DNA from: Raillietiella orientalis
Lineage: Eukaryota
Assembly (NCBI GenBank): GCA_036172245.1
Contig: JAYWIR010000031.1
Span: 992,001-1,056,000 of the forward strand
Reading direction: 5' to 3'
DNA: 64,000 bases
Shown piece after piece: positions 13,001-25,450 of this stretch (position 1 is its first letter; every line of letters starts with the position of its first letter). A program made the position numbers and the translations under genes. The notes under the pieces were generated by a model that saw nothing but the letters and a program-made list of their open reading frames with translations, was not told the origin of the DNA and ran no database searches.

Positions 13001-16000
13001 TTGGTCTTTCAGCCCACAGTCACGTCTAAAAAGTGCATCCATTTCTGTATGGAAGACTCATAGCAGTCAGCGAAAGCTACATGGAGAGTTTCAGTATTTA
13101 TCGTGCATTGCCTATCGTCATTCTGACCTGGGGAATCTCTCTCACCATCTCCTACGGCATGATTCCAAGACGGTATCACTTTCTTGTCAGAGTCCCCTGG
13201 AAAGTGTTGCCATTAAGTTCATTTTCAATTTGAGAGGCTTTAATAGCGCAGGAATAATGGCTCCGAATCTAAGATTGGCATTTCGACTAAAGACAAGCAA
13301 TGGAATTAACGCCTAAGCAATTAGCTCAAGATAACAAAATCACGAAAAGAAGTTTAAAGGTATTTTTCCGCTAAATGAGATGTGAAAGATAACAGTGAAA
13401 GATTTTGAGGGATCTGCGAAGATTCTTAATTACTTGTCGAAATTTGATCTCCAGTTTTTTATGAATTTATTACGTAATTTGCTTCAGCCGAGGTTAAAGA
13501 TGTGCTGTTTTGCAGCAGCTAAAGTTCCAAAGATGGAACACTTGGAGGAGGACCTCCACGAAAAACGAAACCAACGACAGTGTACAAGCGAAAATGGGCA
13601 AACGGGCTTCTGTGCATTTGCTTCATTCAACGAATTGAGAGGTCATCTGCACTTCTGCCGTTCACAAGGAGATCCGTGTTAGGCAAAACAGTCCACATTT
13701 TCTGCCTTTCAAATTTTTCCATTTACCGTGGATGACCTGAGTTACATGAGCAGGTCTTCCTCAAAATGCCGGCTTTCAGTTTTGCATTCCTGCGAAAGGT
13801 GAGGATGAGGCAGAAATCTTACATATTTCTTACAAGCTGTTCTCCATGATTCTGACTAATCGAACCACGCACTCGAGTTTTCATTGAGGGAGTCTCAGAG
13901 GTTGAGTGGTACTTTGCTCGTTTCTCCAAGCATAGCTGGAAACACTGCACTTTGATGACGACAGGGATGTTGCTTCCGTATCTGTGATTTTTTTTCTTTT
14001 GTCGCAACACTGTGATATCATAAGGTATGATGAATAAGTACACGCAAGTAAGCGTCATCGACGATGACGGTTACTTGAGTGTACATATGGCAAAGTTGCA
14101 GCATGCGGATCTTAATGCTGAATGCTGGAAGATTTCAGTTTCAGGAAACTCATCAAACGTCCATGGACCATTTGAAAGAGACTGTCGGCTTTTTGTATGC
14201 GTGACGCATGGATTTTTTCTCGAAACTCCTGCTGGATCCAATAAATTTCAGAGTAAAAGTGAAATGGTTTGCTAAATTTCTCATTTTTCCACCTTTAATG
14301 ACCTTTAATTAGTGTTTGTGCATGACCTTTCGATTGGAGGGAATTATTCGAACAGCTATATCTTCCAATCGCGCTACCTGCTCTGCAAATACTAATACGG
14401 GTTTTATTTTTACAGACGGCAAATGAGTTTACCTTACATTTCGAGAAACACACACACACATACACACACGGAACACAAGAATCTAATAATCTAACCCACC
14501 TAAATGTCAATAATTCTGCCAATGCTCTCATTGATTTTGTGTACATTTTAATGTCATATGTGGCAACAGAATGACAAAAGAGGCTCAGTTTCGGAGGCGC
14601 TGAAGACAAGGGTACTCACTTTGAAAGTTTCTCAGATTTCTCCCGCCTCCCGGAGGTTTCTGCATCCGGTTCTATCCCTCATCTTTTTCTCAGGGTGGAG
14701 AGCCGATTCGTGATGGCTCCTCAAGAAAGCACCCACACTCTTACAAAAAGAATACAGATCATGGAATGCATGACGTCGAGATTTTCTTCGGAGGAGATGG
14801 GAACGTCAGTAGCAGCATGGAGAAAATAAAGCGATATTTGTGATGGTCATATCTGAAAAACATAATGCAGGGCATTCAAAAAAATTGGATAGCAACCTAA
14901 TTTGAAGGAATCGTCCCGCAATGTTGGTTGATAGGATAAACAAGAACTGTTTGAGCTGTGTGGGCATGTGAGCTGGAACTGCCCTTTTGTTTCTAGAATC
15001 CCATTTTTATCCCACTTTGCATCAGGCAGCGAGTGCTAAAAACAAGTTCCTCGTGGGTGTTTGACTTCATCTGTCTCACGACGAAAAATTATTGATCTTC
15101 ATTGATACCTCGTAACTGGATAGTACAGAGAAACCATAATTACGCGAATTCACTATACATGGGTCATGTAAAGTAAATTTCTCCCCTATTGCCCACTAAG
15201 CTTATGTATTATTGGATTTAAAAGCAGAATGTTAATGACTCCTAGTGTTTCCTTTACTGGGATAATTCCAGACAATCCTCTTATGATCTTTCTGCCATCT
15301 TCATGCAGCTCTATGAAGGTGGCAGAAAAACCAAAGGATGCCTAATGATCGAGCGACTTCTCAATGAACCTCAATTGCCTAATTAACCGAAAATGTGTTC
15401 TCATTTTCTGTTTGCACTATTTTCTGGTCATAGTCACTCTAAATTTATAGGTTTTCATAGGATTGCTAGGCATGCTCCTTACTTTGCAAGTCAACCAATG
15501 GAAAAAGGTTGGCTTACAAAGAAGCACTTTTTAGCCATCGGCTTTCATGACCAGCTTCTTAATGCTGTCCATTCTCATAACGTCTTCTGCAACGCGACTG
15601 CTGAGTCATTTGGATAATTCCGAATTCTTGATTACTTTCTAGTAGTGTCATCTCTACGTTGTCATGATTATCATTAAAAGTACTTCCAAATGTTGAAAAG
15701 AAAAAACAAACAAACAAACCCTTGCTTCGTGTCCCTTAAAGTAGTCAGTCCCTCTTTCACTACTTGCATAAGAATCAGAAAGGATTGCTCCAGAAGTAGT
15801 TTATCGGTGAGTAGCTGTTCCCGATTTGAGATCGCAAGCAGAAATCTCGACACGGGTTTCTGAGCACTAAAAGCCACATGCTAGTTCCCGGAAACGAAAA
15901 GTCTGTGTGTTTTAATCTGTAAACGACACAAACCAAGTTGTAAAGGTGGGAGTGTACTCAATCTGTAGGTCTCTTTGTTCCTTTTTCCAGATGTCCTTTC

Positions 16001-16509
16001 TGCAGCACAAAACTGTTATTAAATTGAAAGGAGGTCGTAAGAGGAAAAAAGTATCCGATACGTGTGATTCATCATTCCATTCGACAGGTAATGCAAAAAA
16101 ATTTCACAGTTTCTGCTTATTTCCTTCGGGTCAAAACGCACTCGTCCACAGCAGCTTATCCATTCTGTCCAATTCGCTGAAGATGACTTTCCATGATTGA
16201 AAAAGGGCTTCGAGACAGGTTCACAGTATCCCATTCTCGCTTTCAAGCACTCCTTGATTATTCCGGGCCAGGACCCAGCAAGCTATGAGAAAATACGGAT
16301 GGAGCACTCTATGCGGGTGATCAGTATGATGAGAACGGTTCCTTTAACAGCGACAGCTTTGGAAATGCCAAGCGTACCGATAGTTGCTGTGCCCGCGGAG
16401 GACTGTCATAGCTCAAAACAGAAACATGCATCTCTTTCTCCGATGAGATTATTCTCAAGACAACCTTGACAATTCTATCTGTTCTTCAGCATTCCATACA
16501 TGACCAAAT

Positions 16510-17100
16510 TCTAGCTAAAACTCAATACGCACGAGCTGCAATGAAAGGAGCTCGGCTTCTGCCAGTTCCAGGAGTGGATCGATTCCGGGTCGCCTTCGGA
16601 GAAGGAATGATCATCCTTCCATAGAGAATAAGGAAGGGGTTCCCTTCGAAGAGTAAGCGAGGAACGGACTCCTTCCTCCGGAGCCTTCCTAGATGACTCC
16701 TTCGTGGTTCCCCCCGAACCTCTGGAGTTACTCGCACCCTCGGATGGCGCGGACATCGTCAAAGAGCTTTGTGGGTCCCCCCTAAGGAAGCGGACTGTTC
16801 TTCAGCACTTAGCAAACCAAAGAAATGGAAAACCTGGAAAACCCAAAAAAAACTGGAAGGAAAGCAGGGAAAACAGAAGAAGCCAAAAGGATTTCCATCA
16901 TCCATCATCCGAGACCAATAGTAACCATCCCTCTACTAGCCTCTTATAAGCAGAGCTAACATGAGCAAGATAATGCTTCTCAGTAAAGGGTAAGAGATAA
17001 CGGAGGAACGCATTTTTCAGCTTCCTGGTTGCGTTGTTCTTTAACAGCGGTCTCACAACTGTCTCGATATAACCTCGGAAGCCAACTCGGTTATTCGTTT
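16510..17100 (-). repeat. Dispersed repeat copy 2, inverted relative to copy 1 and diverged
   Basis: Its reverse complement aligns by eye with about 9270-9930, with the same blocks in the same order. Boundaries are approximate. Confidence 0.65.
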
Positions 17101-20100
17101 TCATTCAAGCAGTTTCAGTCTTTTCAGCTAGTTTCATGGGTGTTGAAGACACTCTGTACCAAAATGTGTACCACTGCCCAAGTTTCCATTCTGTAAGATA
17201 CTTGAGTATCTTGCAGCGTGTCTGGATCAAACTGACCCCTTCTTTGGCAACCTGCCACTCTTCTTCTGGAAAAAAAAGAAATTTCAAAACCACTCCTAGT
17301 GTTTTAGATTTAAGCCACTAGGAGCAGTTTTCCCTTTCCTAAATACAGAGGCCACGGACAGAGGGGTATTACTGACCAGATGGCTTTGCCTATCCCTAAT
17401 GAGCAGAGTAGCGTGCAGCTGAAAAGCTGTTCCGAAATCTAGAGTCCAGTATCCTGCTGAGCGAAGATTTCTAAGTTGCATATCTAGAGTAGTTCGCAAC
17501 TTGTTTGGATCAACTTCACTAAAGAGATCATCTCCAGCACAGTGACGTTTCCAGTGCTTTCTTCTCCAAGAGGGAGATGCTGTAAAGAATTTCGGGTTGG
17601 AACAGTATCATAAGTCGGAATGGATTACAAGGAAATGGTCAAATAAAAACTCTGCTTGTCTTTTCCATCTGTGTCACCACAAGATGGATAGTTGTTGAGA
17701 GCTGTGAATGCAGAAAGGCAGCTGAGCTTGAGTCACCTGTTTCATGATTCATTCTTGGATGATTCGGGGATCTCCAGTGAATTCGATCTCTGGAGAGTGA
17801 TCGAGAAGACAAGTATGGAGTCAGATCTCAGTTAAAGAGTGGTTCTCTCAATGAAACCAGAGTCTTTGGAATCTGCGACGGGTGGCTGGAATGTATCTCA
17901 TCAAAGCCTTCAGGTCTTGTTCCCTCATTTAAATCTATCAGATGATTAACAACGCCAAAGATTGCATCTCCGCATCTTCAGGTATTTGATCATGTCTTGA
18001 AAATGAGGAGTTTTCGCTGGAAACCCAGGAAAAAGGCGTAAAAATCAGTACTCTGAACTCTTTGGACCTCATCTGTTAACTTAAAAGGAGTGTGAGGAGA
18101 GTGAGTTCGCGAAGGAGTGTGAGGAACTGCGGAAATAGGCAGAGAGACATTCTGTATGGTCTCGTCCATTCATTGCACTTTTATACAATACAGGTTGGTG
18201 ATTTTTCGCCTGCTTTTTCTATGTAAACAGACTGCAGACATCATTTCAGTCTGTTAAAGACGCTTGATGTCGCACATGAATCCAGCTCCGCAAACGGTGG
18301 ATTTTATGAGACGTAGTTAAAACTTCAACTAAATGAAGCAAGTTCAAAGTGCCTTCTGGTTCAGTACGCTGATTCTCAATCTGGGATTTCATTCCTACTT
18401 TCCAAACTCGTGGGAAACTAAATCAAAGCCTACATTTGGTCCTTAATATTTCTTTCAGATTTTCACTTCTTGAAAGTGTATTCTTGTGTGACTGTGGATC
18501 TTCTTTACATATTATTATTCCTATAGAAAGCTTGTTCGAAGAAAACACACGAATACCTTCGAATATCTGCCTTGGATGCGCAGTCATCGCTATGAGCTTC
18601 AGGAAGATCTCATTTGCATATGACATGTTAGCTCTTTCTTGAACCGTCTTCGCAAAATTCAGTTATGAGAGTTTCCACTGTTTTCATCACCACAGGCAAA
18701 CTAAGTAAAGACATATTCCACCAGCGCCATCATCATTGACATTATCCTCACCATGTAGGAGATTCATGCTCATTATCCTCATTGTGCACACTCTCTGCCC
18801 TTGCTGACGAAATCGGTCATTTGCGTGAGCTGTTCCTATATACTGGTCCTGTATACTTAGTAGCTGCTGGGCATCACAGTCCAAACCATAAATTTATAGA
18901 AGGAAACAAAATTCCATACGTATACCCTCAACTGTCTTCAGAAGATGATGAAAAAAAGAGGACATTTTCGAGCAGAATGCTAATGCATGTGCCAGCAGGC
19001 TCCTGGTCGACAGGATCGTTTAAGAGTAAAAGAGCGAAGAGCCAGCAATGGAACAGGAGCTCTTTAGTCAATGGGAGTCAAGGCGTTCCATCTCTGAATC
19101 CCATCTGTTGCAAATCTTGCAGCCCATTCCATCTTGCAGAGAATAAGCGAACGATAGGTTTCTGAAAAACTGACTGTCGCGTCAATAAGTAAGTTTTCGG
19201 GCACCTTTCGGACAATGACCTCATCTGCAATCTTTAGTAGATTAGCGATCCTGGAGCTTGGTACTAGCGGAGACTTACTGTACCAAGCTGAGAGAGAGAA
19301 TGAATAGTCAGTTACCAGCCGGTTTTTGCCACGTGTTTCGCAGGAACAGAGCATGTAGAGAAATGGATGACTGCATGGAAGACATCACTCTTTTGGCCTT
19401 AACGGATTTCTAGCCAAATTGCTGCCGTTATCGAAAGCGCCCCCTGCAAACTTTCGTTGCTTATTTAACGTCGCTCACTCATTTTCAGACTCCGACAACA
19501 AATTCACCATCATACCGAACTCTTTTGATTACAGCTTTACTTATTAAATCAGCATCCTTTTTGTATTAGAATAAACCTATGGGGAATTTGAATGCCTAAA
19601 GATGTGGTGGAATCAGTTTCTAACCGAAGAAAATCTTTGCATCGTTCCTTAGGAAAAGTCGAGATGTTCTTGAGCTTTTATAATGAAATTCTAAATACAC
19701 GTAGCAAATTTTTCCAACTCTAAATGAAACGTACTACAAGCAAAGACAGAATTTGAGCGGTGTAAGAATGTCTTGGTTCACGCTGTTTGAAAAAAGAGTG
19801 TTCTTATAATAGCATGTCGGATAACGATGACTTAACTGAACCCTTGAACTCAGCTTCCAAGGCAATCACAGCCAGTGTGGAAGCACTGCTTTACCACTGA
19901 TTAGAATTTTCTAGCTCTGATAGTAAGCCAGGAAATGGGCACTGTACCACAAGGCTCCTTACTGCATCTCTCCAAAGATCAGTTTGGAAACGTATTCTAT
20001 ATAGGAAAAAAACAAACAAACACATCGTCCAAATGATAAAAAGTAAGAAGCACATAATGGAGGAGCTGAATACCTCAGAAGGAGCAGAAGAATAATGACA

Positions 20101-22473
20101 TTGCTGCTCGATATTATGAATAAAGAAACAGAAGTGGAAAACCCCTTGAATCTCTTGGAATCACGGAGCATCTTACTCTCAGAGACTGAAACTTCAGTCT
20201 TTAAATCTAAAAATAAAAGGTTTTAAACAAACGGATTTCTTATGGCTTCTTCACATTTTCTGAAGCAATTGAGATAATTAGCAGATGTAGGAACATTTGT
20301 TAAAAATTTGAACATTGCATGAACACCCACATAATGGTGCTCTTATGGCCGTCGATATCACGATAGGGGAAATCTCATTAAAAGAATTCCGAAATGTAGG
20401 TCGAGGGTTTATCGTATCACGTTTAGTCCCTACTGATCAAGAATGCAGGACATTATGGATACTAATAAGAAATCCTCATTGACACTAACGTCGATCCAAG
20501 TATAGGCATTAATGTAAGCAGACATGATGCTGTGGCGGTGATCGCAGTCATAGATTAGTATTTAGTTTTCTTCGAAAAACACCACGACAGCAGTAACGAC
20601 CATGCATTTAATAGTAAACATGCAATTCGAAAAATAACCATCAGCCAATAGTCCCTAGCCACACTTCCATGGGAAAGAAATTTCAATTCATTCCTGCCTC
20701 GGGATCCTGGAGACCAATGTACAGTATTCATCCTGAAGGAAGCACCACGTTGCTGGATTTACGCTCGATCGGGACGGCTGATGTGTTGCAGAACACCCCA
20801 CGTCTTTGCTAGGAGTGTCGCAAAGGGAAAAGGAGTTGGTACGAAGTCCTCTGGAACTTGGGCGCAGCTGAGGGGAGCAGTCAAACTTTTGTTCCCAGCG
20901 ACGTCATCGGCAAGCATTCACAAAGCACCCACATGCAGCCGCATTTAGGAAGCCGACGAGATGACCACGGATGAAGTCGCATCTTTCAAAAGACTGAAAT
21001 GCGAGTGCAGGAGATGCCAGCGTCGACATCCTCTCTTCTGCACGCAAGCGGATGGATCTTAAGGCAGCAACTTCAGTGAATACGTCCTTTAAACGAATGA
21101 TTTTCTTGGTCGCGTTCAAAGCAGCGGTAGGGAATCCCTCGTTCCGGAGTCGGGCACGAAGGGAACATGCGATTCGCTTTTCTAAGGGATGCTGATGATC
21201 CTGCCGCCCCAACGATCCCAAATACTTAGTAACCATCTCTTCGAAGTTAATACAGAGGTATGAACTTGGAAGGAATAACAGGGTCGGAATTCATTTGAAA
21301 CATTGATTACATCTCAAAGGTACTTTACAACTGGTTCCTCCCAAGTCATACTCTTGCTGATTGAGAGTGCAGAGCAGGAACAGAAAACCTTCTGGAACTG
21401 GGAAGCTGATCGATGGGAAAAATATTAATTTTAATCTGATCGTAGCGATCCGATGTTTCCAGTCCGTGTTCATTACAATGATTTCCTCTTAAATCCACGA
21501 ACAGAGATTGGGTGCTTTCTCGGTGAAATGCTTGACTGGGCGCTGATTTGGTCCCCGCTCGTTTTCCGTGACACAAAACGATTTAATTTAACGAATTTCG
21601 TGAAATGGAAGAGAGAGGTGGTCAAAATCCGAAAACAAACGCAAGAGGCCGCACTCTGGATTAAGGCTATAATTCTTACTTACAATTACCATCAAAACCT
21701 GTGGCAGTAATGTTCTGGTGGAGAAGACTTCCTCGAAAGGTGTCCCGTTTGAAATTTTCGATGGTGTTCTATTTTCCGAGGAAAACGTGGAGCCTGCCGT
21801 CTGTTTCCAAGGATTTTGCATGGAGATCGAACAGTAGTATCTTTTTCCTTGTATCTGCCCTCCAAGCAACGTATGTCTGTCTGTTAAGAGGTCAAACCAG
21901 GGACGTGAACGGTCCTCGGAGCAGCTTCCGGAGGTGCAACAGAGTGCATGGTTTCCTTCGTGAAAAGCAAGAGTTGTACGAAATAGCTGCATCATTCAGA
22001 GATTATTTATGCTTCTTCCAAAGTTTTCGCTATTGGTTCCTTAATACCTAATTAAAAGGAATCATTCACATTTTATTCTTGTGTATCCCGTTAACTCTTT
22101 TTTAGCTCTGCAGTTTGAAAATCTGTGAAAATGGCAATAATTTATATCATGATAACATGTTTATTATTATGGCTAATCTTGCATTAAAAATCTTTTGATG
22201 ATAGGAAGGTTATGTTGAACAAAGAAGCAATTCTCCTAAAATGCCACAGTTTTGTGAGGAACAGGCAAAACAATTTTTTTTTTTTTTTCCAGATGTATCT
22301 TAATAGATCTTTTAGCAGCTCAGTAACTCACGATGTATTTTACATTCATAACAGCAGGCATAAGAAAAACCAAAGAAATAAGTATTTTCAATGAGCATTC
22401 CTCTTTGCGCAGATTTTCACACTGAAAGCTCATGAGGGAGCAATGACAAACATCTGAAACACTTGGTTAGCGA

Positions 22474-22479
22474 TTTATT
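22474..22479 (-). promoter_or_regulatory. Candidate polyadenylation signal (AATAAA) of gene B
   Basis: First tttatt on the + strand that I found downstream of the gene B stop codon (about 340 nt away). Confidence 0.45.
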
Positions 22480-22821
22480 TTGGAATGGTCCATAATACTG
22501 GAATGTAACACCAGCTGCAAATGAACTTTTCGAATTAGGGTTGATGTCAGCCGGCGGACAGTGTGCTCGAAGATCTCATTTCAAAAGATGTCCACACAGA
22601 AACGAAACAAAGGAATCACATCCCCGAGGGAGTGTCTGCAAGTGGTGTTTCGGTATGCCGGAGTGACTGACTGTCCGTGAGAAAACCTACGCTCTTCGTG
22701 AAAAGCTGATTTCTGATGAGATTTCATTGACTACTTTCAAAAACTCACAAGCATTTACACTCTGCAACAGTGGGTCGTGTGATTTTCGTGGTCAGTCTCC
22801 TTTCTACTTACTCTACTCTTT

Positions 22822-24480
22822 TTATGACGGTGTACCATAAGAAGCGGATGGTTTCTGCTGCAGGCTACTTGATGCGCTTCCGCTACTGAAGCTTATGGTG
22901 TTGGAGGATGCTGCAGGAGCCTTGTAGCTGGGTGGCAGAGATGTCTTTACTTGCGGTACGCTGTAGCTGGCAGCCGAGCCGCTCTGAGGAGCCGAGTAAG
23001 ACGGCGCTGCGGCAGGTTTAGCAAAGGGCTGGGAAACGGAACTCTTGCTAAAAGTCGGCGAGGAGGCGGGAGACTTGTATTGGTTGGAGACGGAAAACGA
23101 AGACGAGGAGGAAGAGGACGAGATGGACTGCGAGGGCGAGGAGTACGATGACGAGACAGCAACCGGGCCTGGTTGCGAGCTTGGTGCGCTGTAGTTGGGC
23201 GACCCTCTGGGAGCAGTGTACGTCGCGCCACCGGGAGCGGCATAGTTGGGCCTGAGGTTTGAGTAGGATGCTTGTATGGGAGGTCGAGAGACGGAATAGG
23301 ATCCCAGAGGCACTTTTTCAGGAGCAGAATATGAGGGAGCTGGTCGGCCCACAGGCGCCGAGTACGAGGGACCTGGTCGACCCACAGGCGCCGAGTACGA
23401 GGGAGCTGGTCGGCCGACCGGAGCCGAGTACGAGGGAGCTGGTCGGCCCACAGGCGCCGAGTACGAGGGAGCTGGTCGGCCGACTGGCGCCGAGTACGAG
23501 GGAGCTGGCTGGGCGACTGGCGCCGAGTACGAGGGAGCTGGCTGGGCGATAGGTACGTACGAAGGAGCTGGCCGAGCCTCGGGCACGTATGATGACGGTT
23601 GAGGAAGGGAGTAGACGGGTTTTACATGGGAGCCAGGAATTTGGTAGCCAGGACGCGGCCCTGCTCCTGGAACAGAATATCCAGTCTGAATAGGCGATGA
23701 CGGAGCAGCGTAGCCTGCTGATGGAAAGGGAACGGAAGAAGGAACAGAATACGATCCTCCTGGCTTCCCAACTGAATAGGTAGAAGCGGGCTTGGATATG
23801 TGGTAAGAGGGTTCTGGTACTGAATAAGAACTTTGAGGCAGGGAGTATGAGGAGCTAGGCACAGAATACGACGCTATTGGACGGGGAGCAGGCAGGGATG
23901 GTACGGAATAAGGTACATGTGGTGCGGGATATGATGCTGACGGTACGGAATATCCTGGTTGAGGTCTAGACGGAACAGGATACGAAGGTCGGGGCGCTGA
24001 ATATTGTGACTGTGGTGCTCCGTATTGCTGCTTGGGTGCTCCATACTGCTGGCGAGGAGGTCCGTATTGTTTTTTAGGTGGTCCATACTGAGGTCTCGGG
24101 GGGCCATACTGCTGCCCTTTAAAACCCTTCATGAAACTTCCGGATTCGGAAGCGGCGATCTTACCCTTATTTTTGCCTCCTCCTTTGCCTCTTCCATAAC
24201 CTTTTCCTCCTCCTTTTCCTCCTCCCGATCCTTTCCCTTTGCCTTTTCCTCTTCCGTATCCCTTCTTTCCTCCCCCTCCGCCATAGCCTCCTCCTCCGCC
24301 GCCTCCAATTTTTCCAATCGTGTTTGATATTCCTTTCATCAACCCTTGGAAGCCATTGTCGAATCCATTCCTGATTCTTTGAAAGAAGCCTTCGCTCTCA
24401 TAAACAGGGATTCCATAACTTGTATCTGGACTTGGAGGCAAATAGCTACTATGATATGCTGTACCTGGGAAACCTTGTCT
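22822..24480 (-). CDS. Gene B, terminal coding exon: secreted low-complexity cuticle/pro-resilin-like structural protein (SSYLPP, Gly/Lys/Tyr block, YGPP/YGAP heptads, PAPSYSAP repeats)
   Basis: ORF 22822..24441 extends 13 codons upstream (RQGFPGTAYHSSY) to a ttttcAG acceptor at 24482-24481. Differences between repeat units are often synonymous. YGAP/YGPP/SYSAP motifs are typical of arthropod extracellular structural proteins such as pro-resilin exon-1-type repeats. No R&R chitin-binding consensus seen. Confidence 0.93.
   Translation of the reverse strand, partial: RQGFPGTAYHSSYLPPSPDTSYGIPVYESEGFFQRIRNGFDNGFQGLMKGISNTIGKIGGGGGGGYGGGGGKKGYGRGKGKGKGSGGGKGGGKGYGRGKGGGKNKGKIAASESGSFMKGFKGQQYGPPRPQYGPPKKQYGPPRQQYGAPKQQYGAPQSQYSAPRPSYPVPSRPQPGYSVPSASYPAPHVPYSVPSLPAPRPIASYSVPSSSYSLPQSSYSVPEPSYHISKPASTYSVGKPGGSYSVPSSVPFPSAGYAAPSSPIQTGYSVPGAGPRPGYQIPGSHVKPVYSLPQPSSYVPEARPAPSYVPIAQPAPSYSAPVAQPAPSYSAPVGRPAPSYSAPVGRPAPSYSAPVGRPAPSYSAPVGRPGPSYSAPVGRPAPSYSAPEKVPLGSYSVSRPPIQASYSNLRPNYAAPGGATYTAPRGSPNYSAPSSQPGPVAVSSSYSSPSQSISSSSSSSSFSVSNQYKSPASSPTFSKSSVSQPFAKPAAAPSYSAPQSGSAASYSVPQVKTSLPPSYKAPAASSNTISFSSGSASSSLQQKPSASYGTPS
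23321..23575 (-). repeat. Coding tandem repeat, 33-bp unit, about 7-8 copies (PAPSYSAPVGR / PAPSYSAPVAQ)
   Basis: gaggga(g/c)ctgg recurs at 23333, 23366, 23399, 23432, 23465, 23498 and 23531, with a variant at 23561. Confidence 0.95.
23989..24114 (-). repeat. Coding tandem repeat, 21-bp unit x6 (xQYG[P/A]Px heptads)
   Basis: Translates as QQYGPPR PQYGPPK KQYGPPR QQYGAPK QQYGAPQ SQYSAPR. Confidence 0.9.
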
Positions 24481-24533
24481 CTGAAAAGTACTTATTTATG
24501 AAAACCAGATCTAGAAGAAGCAGGCAGGCCTAC

Positions 24534-24558
24534 CGCTTCTTTCTCGACGACTTCATAG
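24534..24558 (-). CDS. Gene B, 25-nt coding microexon (SYEVVEKEA)
   Basis: atttcAG acceptor (24560-24559) and GTAGGC donor (24533). It is phase 2 in and phase 0 out, exactly what is needed to join the signal-peptide exon to the terminal exon. Flanking introns are 61 and 53 nt. Confidence 0.7.
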
Positions 24559-24619
24559 CTGAAATGGTCGATGGAAACCGTTAGACAGCGTTGCACACAA
24601 AAAACAGTTACCTCCTTAC

Positions 24620-24675
24620 CTGCTGTACGCTATGGAAGTCAGGAACGCAAGACAAGAAACGATGACTAAAGATGC
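24620..24675 (-). CDS. Gene B, signal-peptide exon (ASLVIVSCLAFLTSIAYS)
   Basis: Strong acceptor tcttttctttccAG and donor CAG|GTAAGG. The exon is 56 nt and encodes a hydrophobic h-region ending in an A-Y-S cleavage-type motif. Confidence 0.8.
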
Positions 24676-24699
24676 CTGGAAAGAAAAGACAGAGGGATG

Positions 24700-25450
24700 A
24701 GCGGGAGCTTTCGTTCGGATCCGTTCGAGTGCGCAGCGGCCGCCCCTACGCGGGCTCGCGGCGCGGTGGTTCTCACTCTCCAAGGGTCGTCAAAACGCAA
24801 ACCTCGCTAAAAGCTCGCTTAAGGCCGTGACCACCTCTCGATCTCCGGGAGGGGGCGATGGTTCTCTCAGGTTGCGAGGGGGAGGAACCCGAGTGATCGT
24901 AACCCCAGAGGAGGAAGCACCAGCGAGCCTGCTTCCACGAGGCACGCCGAAAGAGGAAAGATCAAAAAAAAAAAAAAGTGCCCAGGATTCGCGCCCGCTG
25001 CCATTTTCCCAAGCGCGACCTCAGGGCTGCGCGTAATCGCGCGCATCGCCGCCGCTTTCAACTTGACAACGCGCGCGGACAATCCGCCTCGGTGGCGAAT
25101 TCTCCCGGATCCCGCAGACGTGGTGCTTCCTGATTTCGATGACAGGAAACCTCTTCTTCTTCCCCCCACCCCCTCCCACCCCTCTCCTTTCCCCCCTCCA
25201 GCAAACCGTCTTCTTCCGAGGAGTCCGCTAAGCTACCTGGAGAGAGAGAGAGGGATCTCCAAGAGGGGAAGCAGAATGACGACAGCTCATGCGACTGGAA
25301 GTCCCTTCGCAGAAGGTTTCCTAGGGATTCGTTATGAATCCCGAATTCTCTCTCCAACGTCACGGTCCGGATGCTGTGAGCGTGATCCGTCACACTTGAG
25401 TGACGCTGATCCCCAAGAATTCTAATCTCTCGCCGATCCCTCTAAGTAGG
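24700..25450. other. GC/CpG-rich island upstream of the gene B signal-peptide exon (putative intron 1)
   Basis: Visible CpG-rich, TpA-poor composition compared with the flanks. Boundaries are approximate. Confidence 0.55.

Noticed and set aside
14027..14275. DDDGYLS motif reminiscent of the eIF5A C-terminal domain
   Set aside because: Only a few residues match. The flanks do not fit and no hypusine-site exon was found.
16898..17104. YIETVVRPLL segment faintly like a Tc1/mariner transposase
   Set aside because: No DDE/DDD motif context; the segment overlaps the non-coding repeat copy 2.
23321..23575. 33-bp repeats as a CRISPR array
   Set aside because: The units are contiguous without unique spacers, are in-frame coding, and lie in a eukaryotic context with no cas genes.
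22947..24327. Several shorter ORFs overlapping gene B, including an antisense repeat ORF and an E/K-rich frame
   Set aside because: These are shadow frames of the repetitive coding exon.
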